A DNA stretch of 61,966 nt, the filler included, from Nemertoderma westbladi (lineage: Eukaryota > Animalia > Xenacoelomorpha): the NCBI GenBank assembly GCA_032718475.1. It is 4 parts of 4 records of this genome, joined end to end, with 100 filler letters (N's around TTAATTAATTAA, not from the genome) between each part and the next. Parts side by side here need not be neighbours in the genome. Positions count along the whole stretch, not along the records: positions 30,116 to 47,307 come from JAUCBJ010003247.1; positions 47,408 to 61,966 come from JAUCBJ010008202.1; 2 more parts are not named here. The stretch is one strand, 5' to 3'. The notes below the pieces were generated by a model. That model saw nothing but the letters and a program-made list of their open reading frames with translations. It searched no databases and had not been told where the DNA came from. The translations under genes and the position numbers were made by a program. Below are positions 35,463 to 48,369 of the stretch, one piece after another. The first letter of the stretch is position 1, and each line of letters starts with the position of its first letter.

Positions 35463-38244
35463 ATTCCCGATGGATCGCGACATTATGTCTCACGATTACG
35501 TGATTTGGTGCGGCGACTTCAACTACCGTATCGACCTCCCCAACGAGGAGGTTAAACGACTCGTCGCCGACCGCAACTGGTCTGCGTTGCGAGCTGCCGA
35601 CCAGCTGGTTGCCCAGCGGGGGCAGGGAGAATGTTTCAAGAGGTTCCTAGAAGGAGAGGTCACCTTCCCGCCGACCTACCGTTATGATACCTTCTCCGAT
35701 AATTACGATACAAGCGAGAAGTTCCGGACGCCGGCTTGGACCGACCGGGTGCTATGGCAATGGGGGCGAGGCAGGGAAACGTGTCGAGAGGACGCGCACC
35801 ACGAAGCGGAAGAGTTGGTGTTCTACGGCCGTGCGGAGCTCAAGTGTTCGGACCACCGGCCGGTTATCGCGGTATTCGATATGGAGTGTCGGATAGTCGA
35901 CGAACGGCGACGGAGCGAGGTTGTCCGTTCGGTGCTGGCAGAGGAGGGGCCAACCGACTGCACGGTGTCGGTCACCGTCGAGATGGACGAGCCCTGCGAG
36001 CAGTTCCCCGCGGAACTAATCGACCTCACAATTGAACTATTCAACTCGGTTGGTCGGATCATTCTGGTTCGTTTCGTCCATTCCACGATGTTGTTGACCT
36101 TCTCGAACGGTCGTGAGGCCCTCGCCGCTGTCCGGTTGTCCCCAGCGGCGTTGCCCGACGATGGTCGCTTAGCAACTGCGATGCCGCAGACCGCGGATTG
36201 GCTGGCGGTTCAGGAGCAACTCCTGGAGACGGAACCGGTGGGTAGGCTGCACACGGCGGTTAGTAACTCATTGCTAGGGGAGGGGTTGTTCGGTAATGAT
36301 ACCTTGCATGCCGACTTCGATCTGGACGTTGAGTTCTCGGAGGCGAACCACCTGCCACCCCCGATTGCTCCCAGTCGGAGTCCGTCGCCGAGTCCGTACC
36401 CAACCCCGCGGGACAGCCCGAACTCGAGCCTCTCCCCCAGTCCGCCGCCCATCGGCGCCAACCGGCTACACGTACCGGCGGCCAAACCACAACGGCCACC
36501 CCCGCCCAAACGACCCCCTCCTCCTAGACTGGACGCCCTTCCGAGCGCTGCTCAGCCGCCCATCCCGGAGAGGCGCGGCGTTAACGCACCCCAAGTAACC
36601 CGAATCCCTAAATATCAACCAATCGGCGACCAGACCGATTGGCAGTCAGCGGGGCTTCGCCACGTCGGGAGTTACGATGACCGACGAGATACCATGATGA
36701 ATGAGCCACATGAAAATCAATGGGTGGCATCTGGGGCGATAGAGATTGGGGGTATCCCGAAAGTCCCTGCCAGACCTCCCAGATCAATGGTCCCTAGCAA
36801 CCCACCTAACACATTACCTAGCAACCCTCCCAGCGCGATCCCTAGCAACTCACCCAGTGGGTTATCCAGTTCTTCTTCATTGAACCCACCCAGTTACACA
36901 CCCAGTGACCCACCCAGTGACCCACCCAGTAGGTTATCCAGCATATTTCCTCCACCAGCCAGAAACCCATACAACCCATACATAGGGTTATCCAGCGCGT
37001 TAGCCAGTTATTCTTCATTGAACCCACCCAGTGACCCACAAAGTAACCCAGCCAGTAACACATACATTGGGTTATCCAGCGCGTTCCTAAGTAACCCTCC
37101 CAGCACCTTCCATAGCAACCCTCCCAGCGCGTTCCCTAGCAACGCAACCAACACGTTCCCTATCAACCCTCCCAGCTCGTTCCCTAGCAACCCACCCAGC
37201 GCGTTCCCTAGCAACGCAACCAACACGTTCCCTAGCAACCCTCCCAGCACGTTCCCTAGCAACCAACCCAACACGTTCCCTAGCAACCCACCCAGCACGT
37301 TCCCTAGCAACCAACCCAACACGTTCCATAGCAACCCTCCCAAAACGTTCCCTAGCAACGCACCCAAAACGTTCCCTAGCAACCAACCCAACACGTTCCC
37401 TAGCAACCCTCCCAGCATGTTCCCTAGCAACCCACCCAGCACGTTCCCTAGCAACCAACCCAACACGTTCCCTAGCAACCCTCCCAGCATGTTCCCTAGC
37501 AACCCACCCAGCACGTTCCCTAGCAACCAACCCAACACGTTCCCTAGCAACCCTCCCAGCACGTTCCCTAGCAACCAACCCAACACGTTCCCTAGCAACC
37601 CTCCCAGCATGTTCCCTAGCAACCCACCCAGCACGTTCCCTAGCAACCAACCCAACACGTTCCATAGCAACCCTCCCAAAACGTTCCCTAGCAACGCACC
37701 CAACACGTTCCCTAGCAACCCTCCCAGCACGTTCCATAGCAACCCACCCAACACGCTCCCTAGCAACCCTCCCAGCACGTTCCCTAGCAACCAACCCAAC
37801 ACGTTCCCTAGCAACCCCCCCAGCGCGATCCCGAGCAACTCACCCAGTGGGTTATCCAGTTCTTCTTCATTGAACCCACCCAGTTACACACCCAGTGACC
37901 CACCCAGTGACACACCCAGTAGGTTATCCAGCATATTTTCTCCACCAGCCAGAAACCCATACAGCCCATACATAGGGTTATCCAGCGCTTTCCCTAGCAA
38001 CCCTCCAAGTACGTTCCCTAGCAACCTTGCCAGCGGGTCTCCTGGTGCCACGCCGCCTAGCGGTTCCACTAATTCCAGTCGGTCGTCATCGCCAAAACAT
38101 TTATCAACCTCTAGCGGACACAGTTCTCCGTCAGCGCCATCTAGCGGCCATTTGGGCTCCTACAGTGGCCGGTCTACCCCCGGGAACCAACCTGCCAGAC
38201 CTCCTCGCTCAAAGAAGGCAATGGGTCAGGTCCGTATTCCTTGA
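35463..38244 (+). CDS. SYNJ1: Synaptojanin last exon (5-phosphatase part 2, RRM-like domain, Pro-rich and repeat tail)
   Basis: cccttag|A TTC CCG ATG; HDYVIWCGDFNYRID, FPPTYRYD, RTPAWTDRVLW, YGRAELKCSDHRPV; RPPPPKRPPPP SH3-ligand-type motifs. Confidence 0.93.
37084..37830 (+). repeat. In-frame 24-bp coding minisatellite (FPSNPPST / FPSNQPNT), ~30 copies
   Basis: ttccctagcaaccctcccagcacg and variants; flanked by a ~170-bp duplication (36816-36986 vs 37807-37990). Confidence 0.93.
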
Positions 38245-38388
38245 TGGCTGCATCTCATGTATTGTATTCCAATGTGTTCAGTAATTTATCTTAACTTATT
38301 GTTTAATATTTAGTTTCTTCATTCAATTTTTTGATACGCTAACTAATCAATACTTAACGGATAAAGTGCAAAAATAAAGTGATTGAGA

Positions 38389-38810
38389 AACCACGGGGTA
38401 GTTGATACTTGTGTAAATGTAAAACAAAGGACAACAAACAACCATGGGGTAGTTGATACTTGTGTAAATGTAAAACAAAGGACAACAAACAACCATGGGG
38501 TAGTTGATACTTGTGTAAATGTAAAACAAAGGACAACAAACAACCATGGGGTAGTTGATACTTGTGTAAATGTGAAACAAAGGACAACAAACAACCATGG
38601 GGTAGTTGATACTTGTGTAAATGTAAAACAAAGGACAACAAACAACAATAGGGTAGTTGATACTTGTGTAAATGTAAAACAAAGGACAACAAACAACAAT
38701 AGGGTAGTTTATACTTGCGTAAATGTAAAACAAAGGACAACAAACAACCATGGGGTGGTTGATACTTGTGTAAATGTAAAATAAAGGACAACAAACAACC
38801 CTGGGGTAGT
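38389..38810. repeat. 51-bp tandem repeat, ~8 copies
   Basis: aaccatggggtagttgatacttgtgtaaatgtaaaacaaaggacaacaaac. Confidence 0.95.
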
Positions 38811-39059
38811 ACATTTGAAACCAGTGGTTGTAGAACTACCCGGACTTGTACATTAATCCCTTTAGAAATCTGCTACCACATGCAACTAAATGCCGCCCCT
38901 CCCTCATTGTGCTTCTGTAAACAAGTCATACCCAAGATATTAGTTAACTTGGATCGCATTCTAGAACAACTTCTAATTTTGGGTTGAAAATAAATACACA
39001 AAACCGGTGAAATTTTGTTTATAGATCTTTTGTTTTATTAAAATTTAAATTAATTTCTA

Positions 39060-41560
39060 TGAGTTTCTTCCCCTAAACAGTTTCTATTACTCAGAAGATC
39101 GCGTAGTGGTGTAGCGCGACTGAGCTTAATTCTGAGTTGAAACAGCCTAGTTGGTTCGATAAGCCCATGAATGACATGGTTCTGGGATATCTATAATCGC
39201 AGCTACAGATAAACCAGAATCGGAAACTACATATCTGACAAACTTTACAGACTTCTGTCCCAAAATAAATTTTTACTTTTATTCAGTGTAATGCCGTGAG
39301 TTCGACAGTGGTCTCGCACTTCTCTAACTCATTGTTGAATATTTTCTACCAAGTTATCGCCTACGATGAACATATTGTCACCGATCTTTCTAGGAACTTG
39401 TAAACCTTCCAAAGCTGCATCTACACGAAGGTTATATTGGTCTCTGGCAGATATAAATCCCATTGGTGCGCGGTCTCCATGCAGCTCCACCTGCCAGTTC
39501 CTTTGTGGGCATCCAGGGTTGTACAGTAGGGCGGTGCGTTTTTTACTTTTTTTCGATTTCATTGTTCTACCGGTGCACAAAAGTTGCCAAATGGTAAAAA
39601 AATAAGGCAAAAAAAATTTCTTTCAATTTCGTCTATATCTTCACGGATCCCAAGAGGGTTGAAATTTTGTGCCATCGCGATGCACCATAATGAAATTAAT
39701 AACAATATAACACATTGATGAAAGATCAATGACTCAAAAAAGAACTTCCTCATGCATCAAATGTCATCAAATGGGTCCAAACTTAGTTAGATACCACAAT
39801 TTTAATTTTTGGATCAAGGGAAGTAGTGCCACCGGCAAATGACCAGAACCTACTCTTTGGCACAAGTGATGATTATTCTCAATTTTGGTGATGGACAACT
39901 TTTAGTTCTCCTACGGCATTAATATTATGCTCATTAGAACCGCAATGACCGATTTAGTGGGGGTAGACACCATCAAAACAAGCATAGAGCGAATAGATCT
40001 TGAGATATTGCAGAAAATGTTAAGTACGGCACAAGTCAACATTACCGCCTTGATGATTTATAGACAAACACACAAAAATGTTACTTCTAATTATCTTAAG
40101 GCATCAAAAATATACACATCACTGCAACAAATTGATTTAGTGTATACAGACAACTTCAAAAGTTAAAGAGTAGTGATTAATTCACTGTAGTTTTTGTACA
40201 AAATGTGTGGAATGGGTCAACTCAATATCAAGTAGTAATTGGTGGATATAGTCTTGACAGTTTGTAAAATAACTCAAGAACTAATGACTCTATTCTTATT
40301 TTGAAGGTGTCTTCACCCACTATATCGATCATTTCTGTGATGTGTCTATTCGTGATTCCTTGAGATAATTCAAAATATAATTTTTAGTGTATTTGTCCAT
40401 ATCACATCAAGGCGGTAATGTAGACTTGTGCCGGACTTCACATTTTCTGCGATATCTCAAGAACTATTCGCTCTACGTTTGTTTTGAAGGTGTCTACCCC
40501 CACTAAATCGGCCATAGCGGTTCTAATGAGCATAATATGAATGCAGTAGGAGAACTCAAAGTTGGCCATCGCGAAAATTGAGAATAATCATCACTTGCGC
40601 CAAATGGTAGGTTCTGGCCACGTGCCTGTGGCACTAGTTCCCTTGATCCAAAAATTAAAATTTTGGTATATAACTAAGTTTGGACCCATTTGATGGCATT
40701 TGATGCATGCAGGAAGTTCTTTTTTAGAGTCATTGATCTTTCATCAATGTGCTATATTGTTATAAATTTCATTATGGTGCATCGCGATGGCACAAAATTA
40801 CAACCCTCTTGGGATCCGTGAAGATATAGACGAAATTTAAAGAAATTTTTTTTGCCTTATTTTTTTACCATTTGGCAACTTTTGTGCACCGGTAGAACAA
40901 TGAAATCGAAAAAAAAGTAAAAAACGCACCGCTCTATTGTACAGTACTTTAATTGGTCATCGGAAATGGATAAGGTGTTGGTGCGTTATGAACTATGCTT
41001 TTCACTCCTGAGTTCAACCTCGTCAGTTTGACTGTCATGGCCTCCTGAAGGTTTGGACATGATGACACAGGGGTGACTCCATTCTGTCGATGTGTCACTG
41101 AAGTGCTCAATTACTCTGGTTTTTTCCATTTTTGCTAGATCCTCTGAAACTTGTTCATGATATTATGCATATGGATAATGTTAGAGTGTAGCTTTATCTT
41201 TCAACTCAATTACCATCCTCTGACATTATTATTCAGATCGTCTGATGATGCAAAAACATCCTTATATTCATTTTTCATTGATCAGCTTTTGTTTCAATAT
41301 CATTGAGATCGTCATGAACATTTGAAATTTCGCAAATTATAAAATTATTTGAGTGTATTGGTTCTGAAAGTTTTGATGTACAATATTGAGATTGTCCTTT
41401 GTTTTGCTGGGCCTTTGCCATGGTTGTATTTTGGTGTCCAACATTTCGTAGCGAAATAACCAATTTTATGGCATTTATTACTAAATGTCTTTCCATGAGC
41501 TCTGCATGGTTTTCCCTCATCATTGTGGTCATGGTTTTCCGCAATGATTGCAGTCATTGT
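39060..41560 (-). mobile_element. Degenerate Gypsy-type LTR retrotransposon remnant (gag knuckle, RT)
   Basis: CRAHGK...KCHKIGYFATKC knuckle; STEWSHPCVIMSKP; PMGFISARDQYNLRVDAALEGL...KIGDN; ATPLRDLL; split by a foldback element. Confidence 0.7.
39524..40939. mobile_element. Tc1/mariner-type foldback MITE, ~1.4 kb, ~530-bp inverted arms
   Basis: ta|cagtagggcggtgcgt ... acgcaccgctctattg|ta (TA TSD); 39524-40054 is the reverse complement of 40405-40939. Confidence 0.85.
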
Positions 41561-41585
41561 TGCTCGGATTTTCCGAGCGCTCAAC

Positions 41586-42906
41586 ATTGTGTACAAGGTT
41601 GACGCGCTATTTATTAATATGTCAGCTATTGTGTACAACAACGTTGACGCGCTATTTATTAATATGTCAGCTATTGTGTACAACAAGGTTGACGCGCTAT
41701 TTATTAATATGTCAGCTATTGTGTACAACAAGGTTGACGCGCTATTTATTAATATGTCAGCTATTGTGTACAAGGTTGGCGCGCTATTTATTAATATGTC
41801 AGCTATTGTGTACAACAACGTTGACGCGCTATTTATTAATATGTCAGCTATTGTGTACAACAAGGTTGACGCGCTATTTATTAATATGTCAGCTATTGTG
41901 TACAACAAGGTTGACGCGCTATTTATTAATATGTCAGCTATTGTGTACAACAACGTTGACGCGCTATTTATTAATATGTCAGCTATTGTGTACAACAACG
42001 TTGACGCGCTATTTATTAATATGTCAGCTATTGTGTACAACAACGTTGACGCGCTATTTATTAATATGTCAGCTATTGTGTACAACAACGTTGACGCGCT
42101 ATTTATTAATATGTCAGCTATTGTGTACAACAAGGTTGACGCGCTATTTATTAATATGTCAGCTATTGTGTACAACGTTGACGCGCTATTTATTAATATG
42201 TCAGCTATTGTGTACAACGTTGACGCGCTATTTATTAATATGTCAGCTATTGTGTACAACAAGGTTGACGCGCTATTTATTAATATGTCAGCCATTGTGT
42301 ACAACAACGTTGACGCGCTATTTATTAATATGTCAGCTATTGTGTACAACAACGTTGACGCGCTATTTATTAATATGTCAGCTATTGTGTACAACAACGT
42401 TGACGCGCTATTTATTAATATGTCAGCTATTGTGTACAACAAGGTTGACGCGCTATTTATTAATATGTCAGCCATTGTGTACAACAACGTTGACGCGCTA
42501 TTTATTAATATGTCAGCTATTGTGTACAACAACGTTGACGCGCTATTTATTAATATGTCAGCTATTGTGTACAACAACGTTGACGCGCTATTTATTAATA
42601 TGTCAGCTATTGTGTACAACAACGTTGACGCGCTATTTATTAATATGTCAGCTATTGTGTACAACAACGTTGACGCGCTATTTATTAATATGTCAGCTAT
42701 TGTGTACAACAACGTTGACGCGCTATTTATTAATATGTCAGCTATTGTGTACAACAACGTTGACGCGCTATTTATTAATATGTCAGCTATTGTGTACAAC
42801 AACGTTGACGCGCTATTTATTAATATGTCAGCTATTGTGTACAACAACGTTGACGCGCTATTTATTAATATGTCAGCTATTGTGTACAACAACGTTGACG
42901 CGCTAT
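41586..42906. repeat. 45-bp tandem repeat, ~29 copies (a few 42-bp variants)
   Basis: attgtgtacaacaacgttgacgcgctatttattaatatgtcagct. Confidence 0.97.
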
Positions 42907-43132
42907 AATTTAATTCATGAGGCCAATGTGAATTAAAATCTCTAAATTAATTTATATTATAATTAATAAATTCTTTCAGAAGTTAAAAGGTTAATTATAT
43001 TGAATTTCGTTTTTCTTAGACTTTCTACAATATTCCGTGTAGTAATTTTTATATTTAGTTATTTTGAGTTCAAATGTGTCTAGTTTGTATCCCTAATTTT
43101 CATTCGTTTAAAACTTATCAATATTAGAGCAA

Positions 43133-46100
43133 AGATCCAGATAGCTGGCTCTCTACACAGATCCAGGTAGCTGGCTCTATACACAGATCCAGATCGTAGG
43201 CTCTCTACACAGATACAGATAGCTGGCTCTATACACAGATCTAGATAGCTGGCTCTATACACAGATCCAGATACCTGGCTCTCTACACAGATCCAGATAG
43301 CTGGCTCTATACACAGATCTAGATAGCTGGCTCTCTACACAGATCCAGATAGCTGGCTCTATACACAGATCTAGATAGCTGGCTCTCTACACAGATCCAG
43401 ATAGCTGGCTCTATACACAGATCCAGGTAGCTGGCTCTATACACAGATCCAGATAGCTGGCTCTATACACAGATCCAGATAGCTGGCTCTATACAGAGAT
43501 CCAGATAGCTGGCTCTATACACAGATCCAGATAGCTGGCTCTCTACACAGATCCAGATAGCTGGCTCTCTACACAGATCCAGATACCTGGCTCTCTACAC
43601 AGATCCAGATAGCTGGCTCTATACACAGATCTAGATAGCTGGCTCTCTACACAGATCCAGATAGCTGGCTCTATACACAGATCTAGATAGCTGGCTCTCT
43701 ACACAGATCCAGATAGCTGGCTCTCTACACAGATCCAGATAGCTGGCTCTCTACACAGATCCATATAGCTGGCTCTCTACACAGATCCAGATAGCTGGCT
43801 CTCTACACAGATCCATATAGCTGGCTCTCTACACAGATCCAGATAGCTGGCTCTCTACACAGATCCAGGTAGCTGGCTCTCTACACAGATCCATATAGCT
43901 GGCTCTCTACACAGATCCAGATAGCTGGCTCTCTACACAGATCCAGATAGCTGGCTCTATACACAGATCCAGATAGCTGGCTCTCTACACAGATCCAGAT
44001 AGCTGGCTCTATACACAGATCCAGATAGCTGGCTCTCTACACAGATCCAGATAGCTGGCTCTATACACAGATCCAGATAGCTGGCTCTATACACAGATCC
44101 AGATAGCTGGCTCTCTACACAGATCCAGATAGCTGGCTCTATACACAGATCCAGATAGCTGGCTCTCTACACAGATCCAGATAGCTGGCTCTATACACAG
44201 ATCCAGATAGCTGGCTCTATACACAGATCCAGATAGCTGGCTCTCTACACAGATCCAGATAGCTGGCTCTATACACAGATCCAGATAGCTGGCTCTCTAC
44301 ACAGATCCAGATTGCTGGCTCTCTACACAGATCCAGATAGTTGGCTCTATACACAGATCCAGATATCTGGCTCTATACACAGATCCAGATTGCTGGCTCT
44401 CTACACAGATCCAGATAGCTGGCTCTATACACAGATCCAGATAGCTGGCTCTCTACACAGATCCAGATAGCTGGCTCTATACACAGATCCAGATAGCTGG
44501 CTCTATACACAGATCCAGATAGTTGGCTCTCTACACAGATCCAGATAGCTGGCTCTCTACACAGATCCAGATAGCTGGCTCTATACACAGATCCAGATAG
44601 CTGGCTCTCTACACAGATCCAGGTAGCTGGCTCTATACACAGATCCAGATAGCTGGCTCTATACACAGATCCAGATAGCTGGCTCTATACACAGATCCAG
44701 ATAGCTGGCTCTATACACAGATCCAGATAGCTGGCTCTCTACACAGATCCAGATAGCTGGCTCTATACACAGATCCAGATAGCTGGCTCTCTACACAGAT
44801 CCAGGTAGCTGGCTCTATACACAGATCCAGATAGCTGGCTCTATACACAGATCCAGATAGCTGGCTCTCTACACAGATCCAGATAGCTGGCTCTATACAC
44901 AGATCCAGATAGCTGGCTCTCTACACAGATCCAGATAGCTGGCTCTCTACACAGATCCAGGTAGCTGGCTCTATACACAGATCCAGATAGCTGGCTCTAT
45001 CCACAGATCCAGATAGCTGGCTCTATACACAGATCCAGATAGCTGGCTCTATACACAGATCCAGATAGCTGGCTCTCTACACAGATCCAGATAGCTGGCT
45101 CTCTACACAGATCCAGATAGCTGGCTCTATACACAGATCCAGATAGCTGGCTCTATACACAGATCCAGATAGCTGGCTCTATACACAGATCCAGATAGCT
45201 GGCTCTATACACAGATCCAGATAGCTGGCTCTCTACACAGATCCAGATAGCTGGCTCTATACACAGATCCAGATAGCTGGCTCTCTACACAGATCCAGAT
45301 AGCTGGCTCTCTACACAGATCCAGATAGCTGGCTCTATACACAGATCCAGATAGCTGGCTCTATACACAGATCCAGATAGCTGGCTCTCTACACAGATCC
45401 AGATAGCTGGCTCTATACACAGATCCAGATAGCTGGCTCTATACACAGATCCAGATAGCTGGCTCTATACACAGATCCAGATAGCTGGCTCTATACACAG
45501 ATCCAGATAGCTGGCTCTATACACAGATCCAGATAGCTGGCTCTATACACAGATCCAGATAGCTGGCTCTCTACACAGATCCAGATAGCTGGCTCTATAC
45601 ACAGATCCAGATAGCTGGCTCTATACACAGATCCAGATAGCTGGCTCTCTACACAGATCCAGATAGCTGGCTCTCTACACAGATCCAGATAGCTGGCTCT
45701 ATACACAGATCCAGATAGCTGGCTCTATACACAGATCCAGATAGCTGGCTCTATACACAGATCCAGATAGCTGGCTCTATACACAGATCCAGATAGCTGG
45801 CTCTATACACAGATCCAGATAGCTGGCTCTATACACAGATCCAGATAGCTGGCTCTATACACAGATCCAGATAGCTGGCTCTATACACAGATCCAGATAG
45901 CTGGCTCTATACACAGATCCAGATAGCTGGCTCTATACACAGATCCAGATAGCTGGCTCTATACACAGATCCAGATAGCTGGCTCTATACACAGATCCAG
46001 ATAGCTGGCTCTATACACAGATCCAGATAGCTGGCTCTATACACAGATCCAGATAGCTGGCTCTATACACAGATCCAGATAGCTGGCTCTATACACAGAT

Positions 46101-47307
46101 CCAGATAGCTGGCTCTATACACAGATCCAGATAGCTGGCTCTATACACAGATCCAGATAGCTGGCTCTATACACAGATCCAGATAGCTGGCTCTATACAC
46201 AGATCCAGATAGCTGGCTCTATACACAGATCCAGATAGCTGGCTCTATACACAGATCCAGATAGCTGGCTCTATACACAGATCCAGATAGCTGGCTCTAT
46301 ACACAGATCCAGATAGCTGGCTCTATACACAGATCCAGATAGCTGGCTCTATACACAGATCCAGATAGCTGGCTCTCTACACAGATCCAGATAGCTGGCT
46401 CTATACACAGATCCAGATAGCTGGCTCTATACACAGATCCAGATAGCTGGCTCTATACACAGATCCAGATAGCTGGCTCTATACACAGATCCAGATAGCT
46501 GGCTCTATACACAGATCCAGATAGCTGGCTCTATACACAGATCCAGATAGCTGGCTCTATACACAGATCCAGATAGCTGGCTCTATACACAGATCCAGAT
46601 AGCTGGCTCTATACACAGATCCAGATAGCTGGCTCTATACACAGATCCAGATAGCTGGCTCTATACACAGATCCAGATAGCTGGCTCTATACACAGATCC
46701 AGATAGCTGGCTCTATACACAGATCCAGATAGCTGGCTCTATACACAGATCCAGATAGCTGGCTCTATACACAGATCCAGATAGCTGGCTCTATACACAG
46801 ATCCAGATAGCTGGCTCTATACACAGATCCAGATAGCTGGCTCTCTACACAGATCCAGATAGCTGGCTCTATACACAGATCCAGATAGCTGGCTCTATAC
46901 ACAGATCCAGATAGCTGGCTCTATACACAGATCCAGATAGCTGGCTCTATACACAGATCCAGATAGCTGGCTCTATACACAGATCCAGATAGCTGGCTCT
47001 CTACACAGATCCAGATAGCTGGCTCTATACACAGATCCAGTAGCTGGCTTTATACACAGATCCAGATAGCTGGCTCTCTACACAGATCCAGATAGCTGGC
47101 TCTCTACACAGATCCAGATAGCTGGCTCTATACACAGATCCAGATAGCTGGCTCTATACACAGATCCAGATAGCTGGCTCTATACACAGATCCAGATAGC
47201 TGGCTCTATACACAGATCCAGATAGCTGGCTCTATACACAGATCCAGATAGCTGGCTCTCTACACAGATCCAGATAGCTGGCTCTATACACAGATCCAGA
47301 TAGCTGG
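43133..47307. repeat. 26-bp satellite, ~160 copies, runs into the gap
   Basis: agatccagatagctggctct[a/c]tacac. Confidence 0.98.
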
Positions 47308-47407
47308 NNNNNNNNNNNNNNNNNNNNNNNNNNNNNNNNNNNNNNNNNNNNTTAATTAATTAANNNNNNNNNNNNNNNNNNNNNNNNNNNNNNNNNNNNN
47401 NNNNNNN
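47308..47407. other. Assembly gap with artificial linker
   Basis: N44-TTAATTAATTAA-N44. Confidence 0.97.
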
Positions 47408-47437
47408 AAATTTACTTACAGTATATTCTCAACTTAG

Positions 47438-47816
47438 TTGTTCATCAAGAGACATCACAGATTTCAGTATCTTTGTTAAACGGAAAGTGGGATCGTATAT
47501 AAAAGGTAAGCAAGCATATTTATTTATCCACCATGTTTATTTCATTCGGTTGTATTGAAAAATATCACTAGAAATAATATCACAAATATACAATATTTTG
47601 CTCGGATTATTTTTCAAATAGCTATAATAATATCAAGATTCGCAAGTTCATTAGTTTACTCATTGTCATCAAAAGAAAATCGTTAATTTCCTGGCTGTTA
47701 ATATGTTTTTAATTTATCTTTCAGGTCCAATAAAAGCCTTTCTGGTTGACGTTGAGGAGATAGAGAGAGAATCGGCCAAGGGAGAAGCATTAAATCTCTT
47801 AGAGTGGACTCTGTGA
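47438..47816 (+). CDS. Last two exons (47438-47505, 47725-47816) of an unidentified gene
   Basis: cttag| ... AAAG|gtaagc and tttatctttcag|GT are phase-compatible; joined frame CSSRDITDFSIFVKRKVGSYIKGPIKAFLVDVEEIERESAKGEALNLLEWTL*. Confidence 0.55.
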
Positions 47817-48369
47817 CTCAACAAAACACGAAATTTTTTGATTCACGTGTCAACTTCGTATTGAAATCTTATATTTATCATTTGAGAACTATTCAATACT
47901 TACGTGTAAGTATTTTATACATTATACATAACTGCTCGCCTTCGTGTACAATCTGTATCATACACCATCACTAACATTGTTTACAACGTTGCCCAGCACC
48001 AATGGGCGTCGTACTAGACTCTGTGCAATTCTCACACCTCATTGGTTGCACTCCTTGAATCACGTTTTATATAACGAAAAGTAAAAACATTTTCGAAACG
48101 CAAATGAAATGAAATAAACGTAATACAGATAATTCAATACTGTAGGATATAGATATTCGGGTTGGCTCTTCAGACATAACACTTACCATACAAATTTACC
48201 AACTGTAATTATGTAACAAAAAGTAAAACAATCTTGAAATGTAATTTAAATGAAGTAAACGTATTACAGTTAAATCAATACTGTAGGATATAGATGTCTA
48301 TACACATACCAGGGTTAGATGTCATACTAAACACATGTAATACACATTAATACATATTAACCAACAGTA

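Noticed and set aside
37008-37838. Antisense Gly/Leu-rich 276-aa ORF (GGLLGNVL)n
   Set aside because: Mirror of the synaptojanin coding repeat.
38343-38814. Cys-rich repetitive ORFs
   Set aside because: Artefacts of the 51-bp tandem repeat downstream of the synaptojanin stop.
39100-39170. tRNA-like A/B boxes (tagtggtgtagcg...ggttcgata)
   Set aside because: No cloverleaf; the opposite strand encodes the Gypsy ATPLRDLL motif.
41345-42936. 461-515 aa ORFs in the 45-bp array
   Set aside because: Translations of a stop-free tandem repeat on both strands; no independent coding evidence.
48135-48180. Second hammerhead on the minus strand (ctgaaga...gaat)
   Set aside because: GAAA box broken, no helix II pairing, helix I unconvincing.
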